In this document: piece after piece, positions 26,542-40,316 of the stretch
Layout of the letters: every line of letters starts with the position of its first letter
Position numbering within the stretch: position 1 is the first letter of the stretch
Source of the DNA: Octopus vulgaris
Taxonomy: Eukaryota
Direction: 5' to 3'
DNA length: 64,000 nt
Assembly (NCBI GenBank): GCA_951406725.2
Contig: OX597824.1
Coordinates: forward strand, 61,690,001 to 61,754,000
The notes under the pieces: model-generated
What the model saw: only the letters and a program-made list of their open reading frames with translations
Database searches by the model: none
What the model was told of the DNA's origin: nothing
Position numbers and translations under genes: made by a program

Positions 26542-27705
26542 TTCTATCTTTATTTGTAATGTTGCGTAGTGTGGTGGTGGGTGTTATTTTTTCATTCGTG
26601 TTTTCTAGAGTTCGGTCTGTCTACTGCTATATGTGTATCCTCCGTAAACTGCCTAAGTGTCGTTTGTGTCCTGTGCATTGATAATACCTTAATATCTATG
26701 ATATTAACCGAACCTTTATGTTCTAATTGAGCATGCTGGTAGAGCACTAACGAGTCTTTCTCTTCTTTCAGTCTCCGCCAGCATTCGCCTATTCGCCCCC
26801 CTATGCTACTTGCTGTTTCACTAATGTTCTCTTGTTTCTGCATCGTCCCTCAGGACACTGTATGCTATAGGCTACATTCACAACCTTATAGTTAAACTTT
26901 GGGTTCATCCTACATACAATACAAGTGTTCTTCGTACATGGGGGAGGGGCTTTCGAATGGACATGTTCTACAAATCAGGGATTTTATGGGCATTATTGGC
27001 TCTTCTATTTTAATCTGTAGATTTACCTTATTTAATGTTTCCTAAAAAGATACGCTAGTTCACTGCCAGGAGTAGCACCATCGGACATGACACTCTGGTA
27101 TTTTTGTTTTCGTACCATGAGTTGGCCTTAGCTATGTTCTTCTTGGTCCTTTCTATACTATTCCACGATTTACACCTGTATAACAAGAATATCCCATTTG
27201 CATAATTCTTTATGATGGCTTTGTACTTAGTCTTGGTTCCTTTGAACACTATAACCTGGCCCTTTGGTTGTAGCTAGAGAACTGCATGAGGTGGATAAAA
27301 TGTTGGATATGCCTTTCTAATTCCGCTGGGTCGCTCATCCGTGACACATTTCTCATCTCACTTAAAAATCCGCCATTAGGATATTGAACTTGGCGTTGCC
27401 TACAATTACTTCATTCTTGTGGACCAGGTATTTAGAGGCCATGGTTTTAGCATACTGGGAATGAAAGTTCTGGACCTTATTATTCTTTGTTTCCATCCAG
27501 ATATCCGTGTCTAAGACCGGTAGCCTGTAGTTAGCGTGCTTGCTCGGGGTAAGCTAATGTTACTTAATACTCTGGTGGATGCAGTTATCTATTTACCGGA
27601 TGCTCTCCATAGTGCTAGTTTCTAGTAAATAGACACTGACTTGTACGGGTGCGTTAGCCCCTATGTACGGAGATCACCTGTATAGTATGTAGGATGAGCC
27701 CACAG
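26370..27705 (-). mobile_element. Penelope-like retroelement 3' remnant (RT C-terminus, GIY-YIG, 3' UTR)
   Basis: INCIHQSIK..TPSKHANYRLPVLDTDIW..YAKTMASKY; NVAYSIQCP..ISETASSIGGRIGE..LYQHAQLEH..KVLSMH..LRQFTEDTHI (GIY-YIG C-terminal half). Confidence 0.75.
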
Positions 27706-29654
27706 GTTACTTGTAAGATACGCACAGGCATGCACACACACACACACACAAAGATACAAACGCAAACGCATGCGCAGATAAGAATACACACCACAGAAAG
27801 TCAGAATGGACTAAAGAGAACATGTGAAGATACATGGGATACAGAGTCGCTGAAGTGGTCACAAAAGGTGTGAAAGAAAGATTTCCAATCATAGGACATA
27901 AAATAAGAACAATAATAAAATAAAACCGAAGTGAAGCATGAATATATAGTGCGTGCGTTCATTTGACAAAACAGAAATGACCGTGCCGAAATATAGAAAT
28001 ATCTGTTTCAACTCATGATTTCACATGAGAAATCTTGCAAAACACACACACACACTCACACATGTACCATTGATATTACATGTATGAATGTGTGCGTATA
28101 TGTGTAGGACTGTGTGTGTGTTTGTATGTTTGGTTGATTTTATTCAGGTTAATTCAATTCAGGAATGTAAATTTATTTGGCTAGAGTGGTTACACATAGT
28201 GAATGCACATAGTGGATTGAACCAGCTAACTCTTTCTATTTCCATATTCCATTCAGTTTTTATTCGTTCTAGTTATTTCTTCTATAAATGTAATTTTCTC
28301 TGTAAAACTGCTGGTACATTTACTTGTTGATTGATATTGATGTGTTGTTATGGGAGCTGCTCGGAACTAAATTCTTCATAATATTCTTAATCTTTGTATA
28401 CGTAATTCAATATTTTATTCGATTTAAGAAAGAGGCAACATTGTGAATTTATGGGTGAAATATAAATAGTTTAACAGCAGACTGGCAATACCACTTCTCA
28501 AGCGATGTATAAGTTTTCTTATTAGCTCTGTTTTAATTTTCTTAAATAATTTAGCTCCATTATGAGAATTCTTAAATGGTGACTAAAAGACTGGGTGATT
28601 GACCGATTAATGAAATAGTCAATAAGTTAATTGGTTAAATGATTAACTAGAAGACTAATAATGACCATTCCTAAATGCAACAATAATAGTAAAAGAGATT
28701 ATCACATTTATTACTGACATAATGGCTCATTCGCCTAAGACGTGCGAAATCTCTTTTGTCACATGATTCCATATCAAGAATATCGTATTGCAGATACAAC
28801 AACGAAAATCATCATATCGATAGAAACCCCTAAAAGTGGCTTGAACTTAAGATTTTATTTTGTCGGTAAGAACAGGACAACAAAATCGGTGATCTTTCGC
28901 CGACCACAATGAGCCATTACTCATGTTAAAAGGAATATTTATCTGGTTTTAATCGCAAATACAATAATTCTAATTAAAGCGAGTTTATTTGACTTCATGT
29001 TATAAATCGATCTGTGTAGTTGACAGTTTTCCAAAACCATCTTTTTGCATTTGTGTTTGCCTGAATATTCCAAAGTGTCAATTAAGATACTTCCTGGTGT
29101 TTAAAAATAATCTTGCCCAATGACAGTTTACTGACTTCCCTATAAATCTTTGTTGGGTTGATGCGCCAAATGTTAGGTTTGTCGTATGGGGAATTTGTGT
29201 TGATAAAAACGTAGTGAGAATATGTAGGTGCAGCTACTTGTTTCTACGGTGATTTGAGCATTTAAGTGATTTTGGCGGTTTTCGTTATGGCTGGTTTATC
29301 AGATTACAGATACACCAAATCTGGAACCCCCTTGTTATGTCACATGCTAAACAATTTCACATCTTGTTAGTTCACTATTTAACATTGTACTACATTCTCA
29401 TACATTCCGTCCCAAGAGGAATTATATATTAGCATTTAAACTGAATATATTCACGAGTTACCAGTTCTTAGTGAAGATCAAATCAGGTTTAAGCAGGTAA
29501 ACTGCTTAGTTATAGACTTGAGTATGTCATGAAACTAAGGACTAATAAGGTCTGAGCTAAGTAGATGATATTGCAATAACATCCCCACGCTTCTAGCAGG
29601 AAAAATGAGCTACAACAGTGTTAACTTCCTAGATATTACAGGAAAACATTTACA

Positions 29655-29790
29655 ACTGAGTGGACTGGAGCAACATGAAATGAATTGTTTTTCTCGAGAA
29701 CATAACGCAAGGCCCAGTCCGGGAATCGAACTCACAATCATATCACCTTGTGTGCAACAATCTAACCACCAGGCTGCGCGCCTTCACCTG
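29655..29790 (-). mobile_element. SINE family C, 5' part
   Basis: GAGTTCGATTCCC B box and TTGCTCCAGTCCACTCAG body, as at 14.4 kb. Confidence 0.75.
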
Positions 29791-30559
29791 TAACCTAAGA
29801 GCCAATAAAATAACGCAGAGCACTTTACTTCTAGGCATATCAAACACGTTTTCATATATCAAACACATGTATACACACGTACACACACACACGCACACAC
29901 ACACAGACACACACAAACTCACACACACAAACGCACACACAAACAGTGTATGTATAAGCATAAAAACTCATTTCATTAGAAAAGTTTTTTCAGGCTTAAA
30001 CAATGAGAAAATGAAATTCTGATCAATAACCATTTATTCGCAAATCTAATAATTGTTTTATTTTAAGTACATGCCGGAGACATTTCTTTATCATCTGGTC
30101 TGTTTGAAACGAAACTATTTTGGAATAGTCATTAAAATGTCTTCGAGGAATATTCGATAATTTGATACGAAAACATCTCACTGAAAATAAACTTACCAAG
30201 ATCAGATATAAACAATTAACATATACTTCATTTTAATTACGGTTTTCCGATCATGTCACAAAAAATGATTTCAGGGTTAAATCGCAGTTATCGTCATGAA
30301 TTGTATTCTGTGTATTCTATCGTCTGAAATCGGTAAGCTTTTAGGGTCGATTTCAGCTTTGAGGGTTGATTTCAGCTTTGAGGACGAACGCAAAAGTTTA
30401 TAGTAGTACAATACAGTGTGTAGGGATTTTGTCCCTAAAATGAAGCATCAGCAGGGTCTGTTGGTTTTAAAATCCTGGCGTCAGTATAACAAAGCACTGT
30501 GTAGAATTGTACTTAATTTGAAGATGAAACAAATAGGTCAACTTACGATAAGTAATGAT

Positions 30560-31230
30560 ATGCATAAATTTAGAGGAGTCACACACTTTACATCTCAGTA
30601 TAGTTTGGATAAATCTCCAAATGGTGCAAGAGCCCTTCTTAGACTGATATTAATGAACCTTCTGTCTTTAGACATGTATGGCAAAATGTTCAAGAAAAAT
30701 TTATTGCAAGTTACTTAAAGCTGTTTGATTGAATAAAACTACAAATGTTCAGCCAATACCAAACATTTATAAAACCCCAATGAATAACCCAGCTGAAATG
30801 CAATTCATGAAATATGATTGCGGGTTCTTAAGGTAGACATTTAATCTAAAGAGAAATGGTATGAAAAGACGGTGTGGAATCCACAGACTATATCAACTGA
30901 GATTTACATAGGGTTGACCAAGAATACATTTTAAAGCAAGATATACACTCATTCATTTAAATTTTCAAATAATTTAACGCCAAGACCCTTTCAAATTACA
31001 TTAGGATTCTAAAAGAACGATGGGGAAAACAACATCACGATATATGTATTTTAACGGAGAGAAACTAGTCATGATGGCTACAATGAACCTCTAATAACTG
31101 AAATATTCAAAATTCGTGGTGTATCCATCCAAATTATTTGTCTTGAAGAAGAAACGCATTATTATGCATCTATGCAACAAGATGCAGGTATCGTACCTTC
31201 ATATATTTTTCTGTACTAATACATTTCGAA
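30560..31230 (+). mobile_element. Highly decayed Penelope-like 3' fragment (GIY-YIG)
   Basis: Frameshifted motifs SIVWINLP (IIWFNPP), MFKKNLLQVT-SC (IFNRNTxKxSYSC), EIYIGLTKNTF-KARY, TLSNYI..LKE, CLEE. Confidence 0.55.
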
Positions 31231-33130
31231 CAACTGAATCTAAAAACAACATCCAAAGTGGCAACAGATTTAAGACGTAATATTAATTTAAAATTTATGT
31301 TAAATATAAACAATTGAATCGCAGGTCAATTATTAACGCCTGCATTAAAAAAAGGCGTTCTTATGCGTACATTTTGATACAGGAGTATACCAAAACCTAT
31401 TACAAACTTTAGACGTTAAACTAAACATTGAAATTGACACTCCCAACAATTTCATTTCCCTTCTCCTAACGTTTCTGTTTGGTTGTGGATTACAACTTTA
31501 TGCATGGTTCTCATGTTTTGTATTAAGTAATGAAGCAAAGAGTTACCGTCACCCTCTTGTCTTAAGACATGTGTAACGTTACAGTTCGGTGTCACAGAAC
31601 GATCGCCTCAAAACATAACGTACGAGCGGCAGGCTTCATATAATTTTATACGTGTGTGTGTGCATATTATATATATATAATATATATATATATAATATGC
31701 ACACACATAGACGTTCGGTTGTTTGATTTAGTGACAACCGACATACATTATGATATATGATCTTACCAGTTTCATGACATACGTTTGTCTCATAGTAATT
31801 ATTCACAATTAGTATGTATTCACATAGGCTTTTTACGCTTTGATATTTTAAAAGCATCTTTAGGAAAAGTGTGTTTTACCAAGAGAATTCGATAGTGTTA
31901 TCTCTCTTTCTGTCTTTACTTCTATCTACATACACATATGTATACATACATGCATATGTGTATATGTAAGCATACATACATACACATACGCACACGCACA
32001 CACACGCACGCACACACACACACACACAAACACGTGCGCACACACCCACGCATAAAATATTATTTGATGGGCAATTATATGTTTGTCTAGATAAAACATT
32101 TTAGTTGAGTTGAAAAACTACGATAAATTTGAGAAATACAACAATTGAAAAATTAGAATGAAAGGTAGGAATACCAGCAGGTATATGTTGGAAACTAAAA
32201 CATTTACAAGTTTTTTCCTTGGTTACTCATCTGAAGGGAATATAATGAAAATAAACAAATTTGGGAAGGAAAAAGAAAGAAAATGTAAAACAAGTAGAAT
32301 GTTTTATAGTATCACATGAACTTAGAGTAATAAAACAATAGCGGAACATGAAATTAAAAATATACGCGTAAGCTAAGCTACTGAGAAAAAAAATTAACGA
32401 AGACCTGTTTCAAACAATGCCGACTATCTGTTGCCATAGGATAGGACTTAATAGAAGAAAACTACCAAAGACTTGGAACTGTTTATAAGTAAAGTCTTGA
32501 TATTAATCTATTGAATTGCCACGAGATTCAACAGATAGAAATGAAACAAAACAAAAAAAAAAGCTTATTGTAAATGGCTAATCATATATCAAGCAAACAA
32601 TCTGCATGTATAGTTTTTTTTATGTAAGAACTTTTTTTTATAAACTGTTCATGTTGATTGTGATCTAGATTTAGTTTTCTACGCTGTTTATAGTTATTTG
32701 TTAAACAAATCTACTTATCCATTTACTATTACTTATGTCTCGAGAGCCTACACAAAAACCATCCATTCAGACATTACACATTCTCAGTTCTATTTAAAGT
32801 GTTGAATCAGATAGCATGTAGTGTCATTGGAACACCATAGATTACTTTAGTTAATTATGTCGCCGATACAGCATAAGCATGACTTGTGAATGACATCGCT
32901 TCCAACGTCAGACCTATTATAGAGGATTTTATACCCTCCATTTCCATATAGCTTTCTAGGTAAGAGATAAGAGCATTCTTCATTTGTTTAAAATTTAAAA
33001 ATTTAAAAAGGAAAGAAATAAAGTAAATGCATAAGTTGATGCTTCCGTTGTACATTTGTTTCCATTTCTTTATTTCCCCAATATTATTGTGGTTTGTAAA
33101 GTGTTTTGAATATATATATATATATATATA

Positions 33131-34624
33131 TCTTATTATAAAAGGCAGATTTTATCTGCCTCCCTTTGGGAGTTATACAAATCTACAATATAGGATTTCT
33201 TCAATTACAATTTACCTAGCAGTTTTGAGAGTACAATGCATCGCGTCATGCCAGGTCCAGTTTTTAAAATTTAAACTCCAATTAAGCAAAATTTACAGAA
33301 AACTCACATTCTGGTGTGTGTGTCAAATGCTTTTCTTAGTCTGGTTTACACCACACGCAAACGCACACACACAGTGGGCAAGGAATAAAATGAAAGTAAT
33401 TCACTTACTGTAGTGAGTGATTCTTTCACTCTGCCTCCCACTTCCTCTTTACACACATAGAAAAAACTTTTATTTTTTTACATAAGTAATGAGAGCGAAA
33501 GAGACTAAGAGAAAGCGATTGTATGACGAGGGAAGTTCCTTTGAAGTTACCGTGCATGGGACTCATTGATGTACATGTGTGTGTGTGTGTTTGATGGAGT
33601 GTGGGAGACAGACAGTATGTTGTGTAAGTGAAGTGCTTCTGTTAGTGTGTGTGAAGAGACAGAGAGAGTAATGTGTGAAAGAGAGAGATAACTGAAATTT
33701 TTTACTCGGTTTATGTGTATATGTATGTATGCATGTATGTGTGTGTGTGTGTGTGTATGTATGTGTGTGTGTATGTATGTATTTATATATAAAAGAAAGG
33801 TTGTGTGTCTGTCTACTCCGATTTAGATTCCTAACTACTCCCACATTTTGCGATGCAGTTTAACCAAAACCGGGTATCTTATAGTCGTGATTCATATCGA
33901 GCCCTTCTGGGTATTAGCGCGCGTCTACGATGAGTCTATGATTTTACAAATAAATTACCATCATTTTTTTCCATTTTAATGCATATTTTTTAAAATAAAC
34001 GGAAGTAACTCTCAAACTTCACACCAATATGCGTACTCATATGCGACGTAATATCACATCACCAGCATTTCCTCACACTCTCCTTGCACTTGGCGAAGGC
34101 AAAATACCAGGGGATGAAAATGGTAATATTGCCATCGATTCCATTTGTACCATTGTTAAGACGCCTTCTGATCTCAGAGATGCAGTGTTCCCAGATTTAC
34201 AAGCTAATTATCAGAATATGGATTGGATTGGCAAAAAGGCTATACTGGCCCCGAGGAATAAAACTGTTCACCATATTAATGATGAAATGCTAAAACTCAT
34301 TCCTGGGGAAGTCGATGTATATCAGTCTATCGATACAACTCCTGACCCAGAGGACGTCATCAACTATCCAATAGAGGTACTCAATTCCTTTGAGCACCCC
34401 GGACTACCACCACACTTTCTCAAACTTAAAGTTAGTGCCCCTATAATGCTCATCAGAAATTTGGTTCCCCCAAAACAATGCAATGGCACACGTTTGGCGT
34501 TAAGTCCTTATCTCCCACCGTAAACTTATATCAATATTTGCCTGAATAATCATCATAATTCAGTGCAATCATTAACAGTACTTTCAAGCAATTCAGCCCC
34601 GAGCAACGCCGGGCAATTCTGCTA

Positions 34625-34625
<1 letters not shown>
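33131..34625 (+). mobile_element. Non-autonomous Helitron retaining a Pif1 helicase segment, inserted in (TA)n
   Basis: A|TC start, 3' hairpin CCCG-agcaacgc-CGGG followed by CTAG|T, flanked by TA repeats. Confidence 0.85.
34000..34523 (+). pseudogene. Helitron Pif1-like (SF1B) helicase fragment
   Basis: NMR..F...LLALGEG, AILAPRN..VHHIN, YPIEVLNS..PGLPPHFLKLKVSAPIMLIRNL..CNGTRL. Confidence 0.9.
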
Positions 34626-34659
<34 letters not shown>

Positions 34660-35050
34660 TACGGTTCAATTGAATTATGTACTTAAATTGAGGCAACTTG
34701 TTAGGTCGGAGTAACATGCATATTCAACAATATTAAGTGAACTTGAGACTTGGTGCGTAAGTGCCGGCCATATGATATTCATGCAGTGTATGCAGATAAT
34801 AAGACCCAGCTGAGTGAAGAAATCTGCTCTTAGCTATTCAGACATTAAATTAAAAACACTGTCTATAATATTTACGAAGCGTAGATTCCAGGATAGTTCA
34901 ATAAAATGTGTGACAAAGAGTTACAAGTGTCAATTCATTGCGGTCATTTCTAACGACTCCTTTAAGATAGTTTACTTTACATCACGTTTCACATTGTTCC
35001 AGCGTTACTCAATAAGTCACTTTAATGTGACACACACACACACACACACG

Positions 35051-35730
35051 TATTGGGTCATCCCATAAATAATGCGCTTTATTAAATACTTATATGTTTC
35101 CCTATGAAGATAAACAAAGTTATTTTTTAAATCTAAGATATACTCTCTTTCATTTTCTACAATGTTCTTCCATCTATCTGGAAGACTCGCAAGACCCCTC
35201 TTTTCAAAATTCACTTATCCGTGACGAAAAATACTCTTCCTGTACTCTTCTGACCTCGTCTACAGAATTCATAATTTTTACATCCAAATGATATTGAAGA
35301 CTACGGAATAAACGATAATCAGATGGACCAATGTCCGACGAATATGGTTTGTGGGGTATCGTTTTCCATTCAAACTGCTCCAGCCTTAGGAATGTCGTTC
35401 TCGCTGTATGAGGTCGAGCATTATCCTGATGGAAGAAAACTTTTCATCTTGAAACCAAAGATGGTCGTTTTTCTTCTAGCGCTGATTTAAGCCTCTCAAT
35501 CTGCTCACAGAAGATCTCATTTATTATCATTTGGTTTGGGTATAAAAGTTCAAAGTGAATTAAACCTTTCATATCCCACCAAACAGATAACAACGCCTTA
35601 CATAGGTGACGACCTTCTTTAGCTTGGAGTGCCGGTGTTCTCCTTTCCCTACCCACTGTCTTCGACGCTTGATATTTTTAGTCACCAGTCACTATTCAAT
35701 CCAAAAAGCCTCATTGAGCAGTGTCCTCTC
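35051..35730 (-). mobile_element. Mariner (DD34D) 3' half with TIR, same family as the 20-kb copy
   Basis: ALLSVWWDMKGLIHFELL, FHQDNARPH, SSDIGPSDYRLFRSL; TIR TATTGGGTCATCCCATAAATAATGC at 35051. Confidence 0.9.
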
Positions 35731-36069
35731 CAAATGGAGCTGTTAAGACACCCATGCAGCAACCGAATCTTATCGCTGACTTGAGCGACAAGGAAACGAC
35801 TTTATATCTAGCGTGGGCCGCCTACGTGCAAGTCGCTGAATACATGCTTTCAACCCATCAGGTCTGCATGCTTCACACCTCCCCATCGCTGCAGGACTTC
35901 CGAATAAAAATAAAATACATATATACTATAAATATACAAATATATACTGAAAATAATAATACATATATACTGAAAATAAAATAAACATATATAAGAAAAA
36001 AGAAATAAAATGCAGCACATTTCGAGCAAAAGTCAGCAATGCCTGTGCAGAGTTTTAGGTCCAATGAGG

Positions 36070-36556
36070 CCTGCACGACACTTTAGAGACCCTCCCCACT
36101 TTATTGACATTATCCAGAGAAAGCCAGGGCGTGATATCTGATGCCAATATGTGTCGTAAGCTCAGGGAAGTGGGATCGCCTTGAGTACAAACCAAAGATC
36201 CCCAAATTATCCAATGCCAGTCCCAGCATATTTTATTTTATTTTAGGGGGACCTTCTCCTAGAGACATGCTTCAACAGAAGCTGAGGGGTCCCTCACTCC
36301 CAGTGATCCTTCAGGACGCCGGATATATCCCAGAATTTCTGCCTACCTGTGCTATGGCTAGATACCGTTGAGTCTGCACAAGGTTCATCCGACCTTTCAA
36401 CAGGTCTTCTTTTTAATCTTGCTGGGTTTCTAGAACCCCTCCTCACCAAGGTAGGGTGGTCGTTTAGTCGCCGACAACCTGAGCATGCAACAGGTTGTAC
36501 TGGATTGCATGTTAGCAGTAGCACTCATGGGAGCCTCATAAGTAACGTGACATGAT
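36070..36556 (-). repeat. Unclassified GC-richer interspersed repeat, possibly a LINE (RTE-like) 5' region
   Basis: Compositional island that ends at a (CA)n tract and contains interleaved 7-8 bp complementary segments. The family assignment is from recollection only. Confidence 0.3.
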
Positions 36557-36984
36557 ACACACACACACAGACACACACACACACACACAGACACACACAC
36601 ACGCATATATATAGATATATTAAACGCGAACATATTATATTGTTTTGGAATCAGGATGATCCGGGGATTGGAAATCTGCTCTTCAGTTAGTTCTTCAACA
36701 TCGAGCATTGAGATCAGGTCTGGATGAAGATTTATTATATGCTAACAGTTGTGAACTGTTTCATTTAAACTAATTTTAAAGTAATACCATATTTGTTGGG
36801 GAATACCATGTCGGTATGGTACCAATAAATGCTATATTATTATTGCGCCCTTTACTTTTGGGTTGCAGGCCCGATCAGATCTCCTCAGGTGCTAGGTAAA
36901 GAGTCCGCACGGAATGTGGCTTTTAAGATTGTATATATATATATATATATATATATAAGTGTGTGTGTGTGTGTGTGTGTGTCT

Positions 36985-37048
<64 letters not shown>

Positions 37049-37069
37049 ATTATCAATTTATCTTTCAGG

Positions 37070-37500
37070 TGTGTCAGTCATTTGACTGCAGCCATGTTGG
37101 TGCACCATTTTGAAAGGTTGACGCCAGTAATTATTATGCTTAAAAGCCTGCTACTTATTCAATCCGTCTCCGTTGCCAACTACCTTAGTTAAGGGGACGT
37201 AAACAAAACCAATGTCACATGGTGGTGGGGGACAAACACAAAGACACACAATCATAGACTAACACATACGCACACACATGCAGAAACACAAGCACATATA
37301 GCCACCAACCCACACACACACAAACGCATATACGCACACAAACATACACGTTTATAGGACCGGTTCCCGTCCAGCAAATCCACTCGCAAAGCTTTGGTCG
37401 GCCCGGGACTTCATTAGAAAACATTTGCCCAAGGTGCCACGCAGTGAGACTGAACTCAGAATCACGTTGTCTTGAAATATACTTCCTATCACTACCGGCA
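37070..37500 (-). mobile_element. SINE family B (diverged)
   Basis: CACCTTGGGCAAATG core, GACCAAAGCTTTG, AAATGACTGA tail. Confidence 0.8.
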
Positions 37501-37521
37501 CACACGCACGCACACACACAT

Positions 37522-37564
<43 letters not shown>

Positions 37565-38389
37565 TACACACACGCACACATGCAAGAGTTTATTCCCATA
37601 TCTTTAAATCGAGAGAAACTATTACAGCAGTTTTTTTCGCCTCTAAAATGGTGTATTATTAGAAACTATAATCGACTCAACATCAAACGACATTGTTTTA
37701 ATTTTCAACCAGAGATTTTGCTGAACATAAGTAAGAAACAAAACAAAACAAAACTTTAAAATAATCTCTTTTGAATGTCGCATTCACTGAAAGCATACAT
37801 TCTAATCCACTAGTGGACCCTCAAAATTGTGCTTTCATGTTTTACTGTATACAGCTCACCAGTCACCTATGTCATTATGACATAAAGTGTTCACAATCAA
37901 TAGTACAGTCATCTAAACGCTGTTGCAGATTGGGTAATATTTCGTTATTCCGGAAATGGGAATTGCATTCGTTATATGTATGTTATATTCGCGGCCATTA
38001 TAGAATGAAGTAGTGAACCCTATAATGGCAAAATCATTAAAAAGTTCACTTCATATTCCTGAGGTTGCGGTTTCGATTCCACTGGGTGGAATTTTCTATA
38101 GCACCGTGTCCACCCATATACTGAGTGAAGTTGTGTAGATGGAAACTATAAAGAAGCTCGTCGAATGGATTGTGGTTATAACTTATATGTCTAGCCTAGT
38201 ATTAGAGTGTATTGATAATTATAGCTTAGAATTGTATAGTGTACACGTTCCTGTGGAATATTCAGCCGCTTACAGAGCAATTCAATGAGCCAAATAATTC
38301 TGTTGGCCGACTAACTGAACGCTCATGGTCAGACCTATCCTCCCTAAAATAAAATCAAGAGAATGAATAGCAACAAATAATAATGCATT

Positions 38390-38550
38390 CTAATACAGAC
38401 ACAAGGCCTGAAATTTGGAAGATTGGAGATTGTCAGTTACCCCAACCACAGTGCTTAACTGGTAAGTATTTCACCAACATTTAAAGGATTAAAGGCAAAG
38501 TCTTCCTCAGCGACATTTGAACTCAGAACATGAAAACAGACGAAATACTC
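38390..38550 (-). mobile_element. SINE family A (partial)
   Basis: TTCTGAGTTCAAAT, CTTTGCCTTTAATCC, CCAGTTAAGCACTG. Confidence 0.7.
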
Positions 38551-38719
38551 CTGCAACGGACAGGATACTCTGATAAATATATTTATTAAATGGTACTACT
38601 TGAAATCTCCAGTTCTAGAAAAGAAAACCAATAATGGATAAATAATTAATCCTAATCAAAATTAATGTTCATTGGTCATGTGAATGATATATAAATCTTT
38701 CGTTGTAAAAAGCAAAATC

Positions 38720-40250
38720 TGGATAATGGAAGTACGGAGGCCGTGGAACTGTGCCTTCACCTGTATGGAGCGATGTGACATACATCACTAGAGGAGTGAA
38801 GTATGCCACGCTGGAGGTCCGTTTTAAGTGGGAAGAAAGGCCAAGCAGGCTTCAATACAGACTCTAAAAGCAGCTGAGGTAGAACTCCTACACACTTATC
38901 TTGGAAGGCGGACTTCCAAGATAATGGTAGAAGACATTCCACCAGAGGTAGACACTGCTTGGCTGGTGGCAGCCATAATGAGGGGCTTGGAGGATAAAAT
39001 AACTATTCTCCAAGCCGCCACTTTAGAATTGCAAAATTGGCAGGTGCAGAGGCTCGAAATGCTCGGACAAGCAGCCCCTGACGATTTAGAATTTATAATA
39101 GATACCATACAGGTGGGGGAAATGCAAGCTGCGAATCATTGTCGAGGTGAGAAAACCTCGTTGCTACAAGTGTAGCCAAAAAGGCCACATTAGGGCCGAG
39201 TGCTAACCTCTCTCCGAAAAAGCAACGATACCCCCACCTGTCAAGACACCAAAGGAGACGAAACCCAGCGAAACTCACTGTGAGGAATCAACAAAATGCA
39301 AAAGAAAGGAGGAGATGAAAGAAACACAAGAGGAAAGATAGGAGAAAATCACCAGAAAAAAGAAAACTAACGAGTCATTCCAACCCCACTAACCCTACAG
39401 CAAAAACAAAAGAAAAAAGAAAACAGTACACTGGCACCTAAAAATCCTTAATGACCTCAGTTCGCATAGAATGGATATTGTAATTTCCACAGAATCCAGA
39501 CTGAGTAGTCAAAGAAACTTTTCCTCACTCCTAAACGGCTACGAAAACTATTATATCTCCATGCCAACCTGGAGGAGGGAGAGGTGTCACTTTGCTACTC
39601 ATGAAAAATTTGGATTTAGAAACAAAAACAATCTTTATCGACCCAGAAGGCAGGTTGGTCGTCCTTGACGTGAGGATCAGTAGTGGTAAGACCTCCAGGC
39701 TGGTACCTGTCTACGAGCAGGACAGTCTGGTGTTTTTCAAAGCCTAGAGAAATTTCTAGGTATGTCTCACACTATAGTAATGTTAGGTGACATTAATGAA
39801 ACCTGCGATGCACGCGTAGATTACGTTGCCTCGTCTATGGATAGGAAACCCGTGCTCCAAAAATCTGCTCAGTCTGTTTCAACTGGCAGATAGGTACACA
39901 CTAGATGTCCCAGACACTCAGCTGTGGATATGGACTAATAGCGATGGGTCAACAAGATCTTATTTAGACAGGATTATAATTAGGGCGATAGACAAAAACC
40001 TAGTCAGTCGTCCACAATTTTACCATGTCAGCTACAATGATTACAAATTTGTGACCTGTAGGCTGGACTTAGATCAATTACGTAGACAGGGATCCGGATA
40101 CTGGAAACTCAATAAGTCTCTTTTGGCTCCTGTGCATGTCAGATTAGGCACTTAGTGTTGATGGCATTGTATGGTGCCATTAATAACAACAAACGGTGGC
40201 ATACCCTCCAAAGAGCCATAAAATTTGAGCCTATAGATGTTGCAAAGAAC
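38720..40250 (+). mobile_element. Decayed Tx1/L1-clade LINE fragment (ORF1 + AP endonuclease)
   Basis: LLHTYLGRRTSKIMVEDIPPEVD, zinc knuckle CYKCSQKGHIRAEC, MDIVISTESRL, RSYLDRIIIR, GSGYWKLNKSLL; homologous to the 49-54 kb element. Confidence 0.9.
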
Positions 40251-40316
40251 GACTTAGGGCCCAGGGTCTTAGGGTCCTGAGTTGAGTGCGCGGCGTAACA
40301 ATAGTATGTACGCCTA

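Noticed and set aside
34029-34523. Host Pif1 helicase gene
   Set aside because: Partial, intronless and enclosed by Helitron termini.
38720-40250. Second example of SINE targeting by the decayed Tx1 copy
   Set aside because: Both ends are missing and no target 15-mer is adjacent, so it is uninformative.
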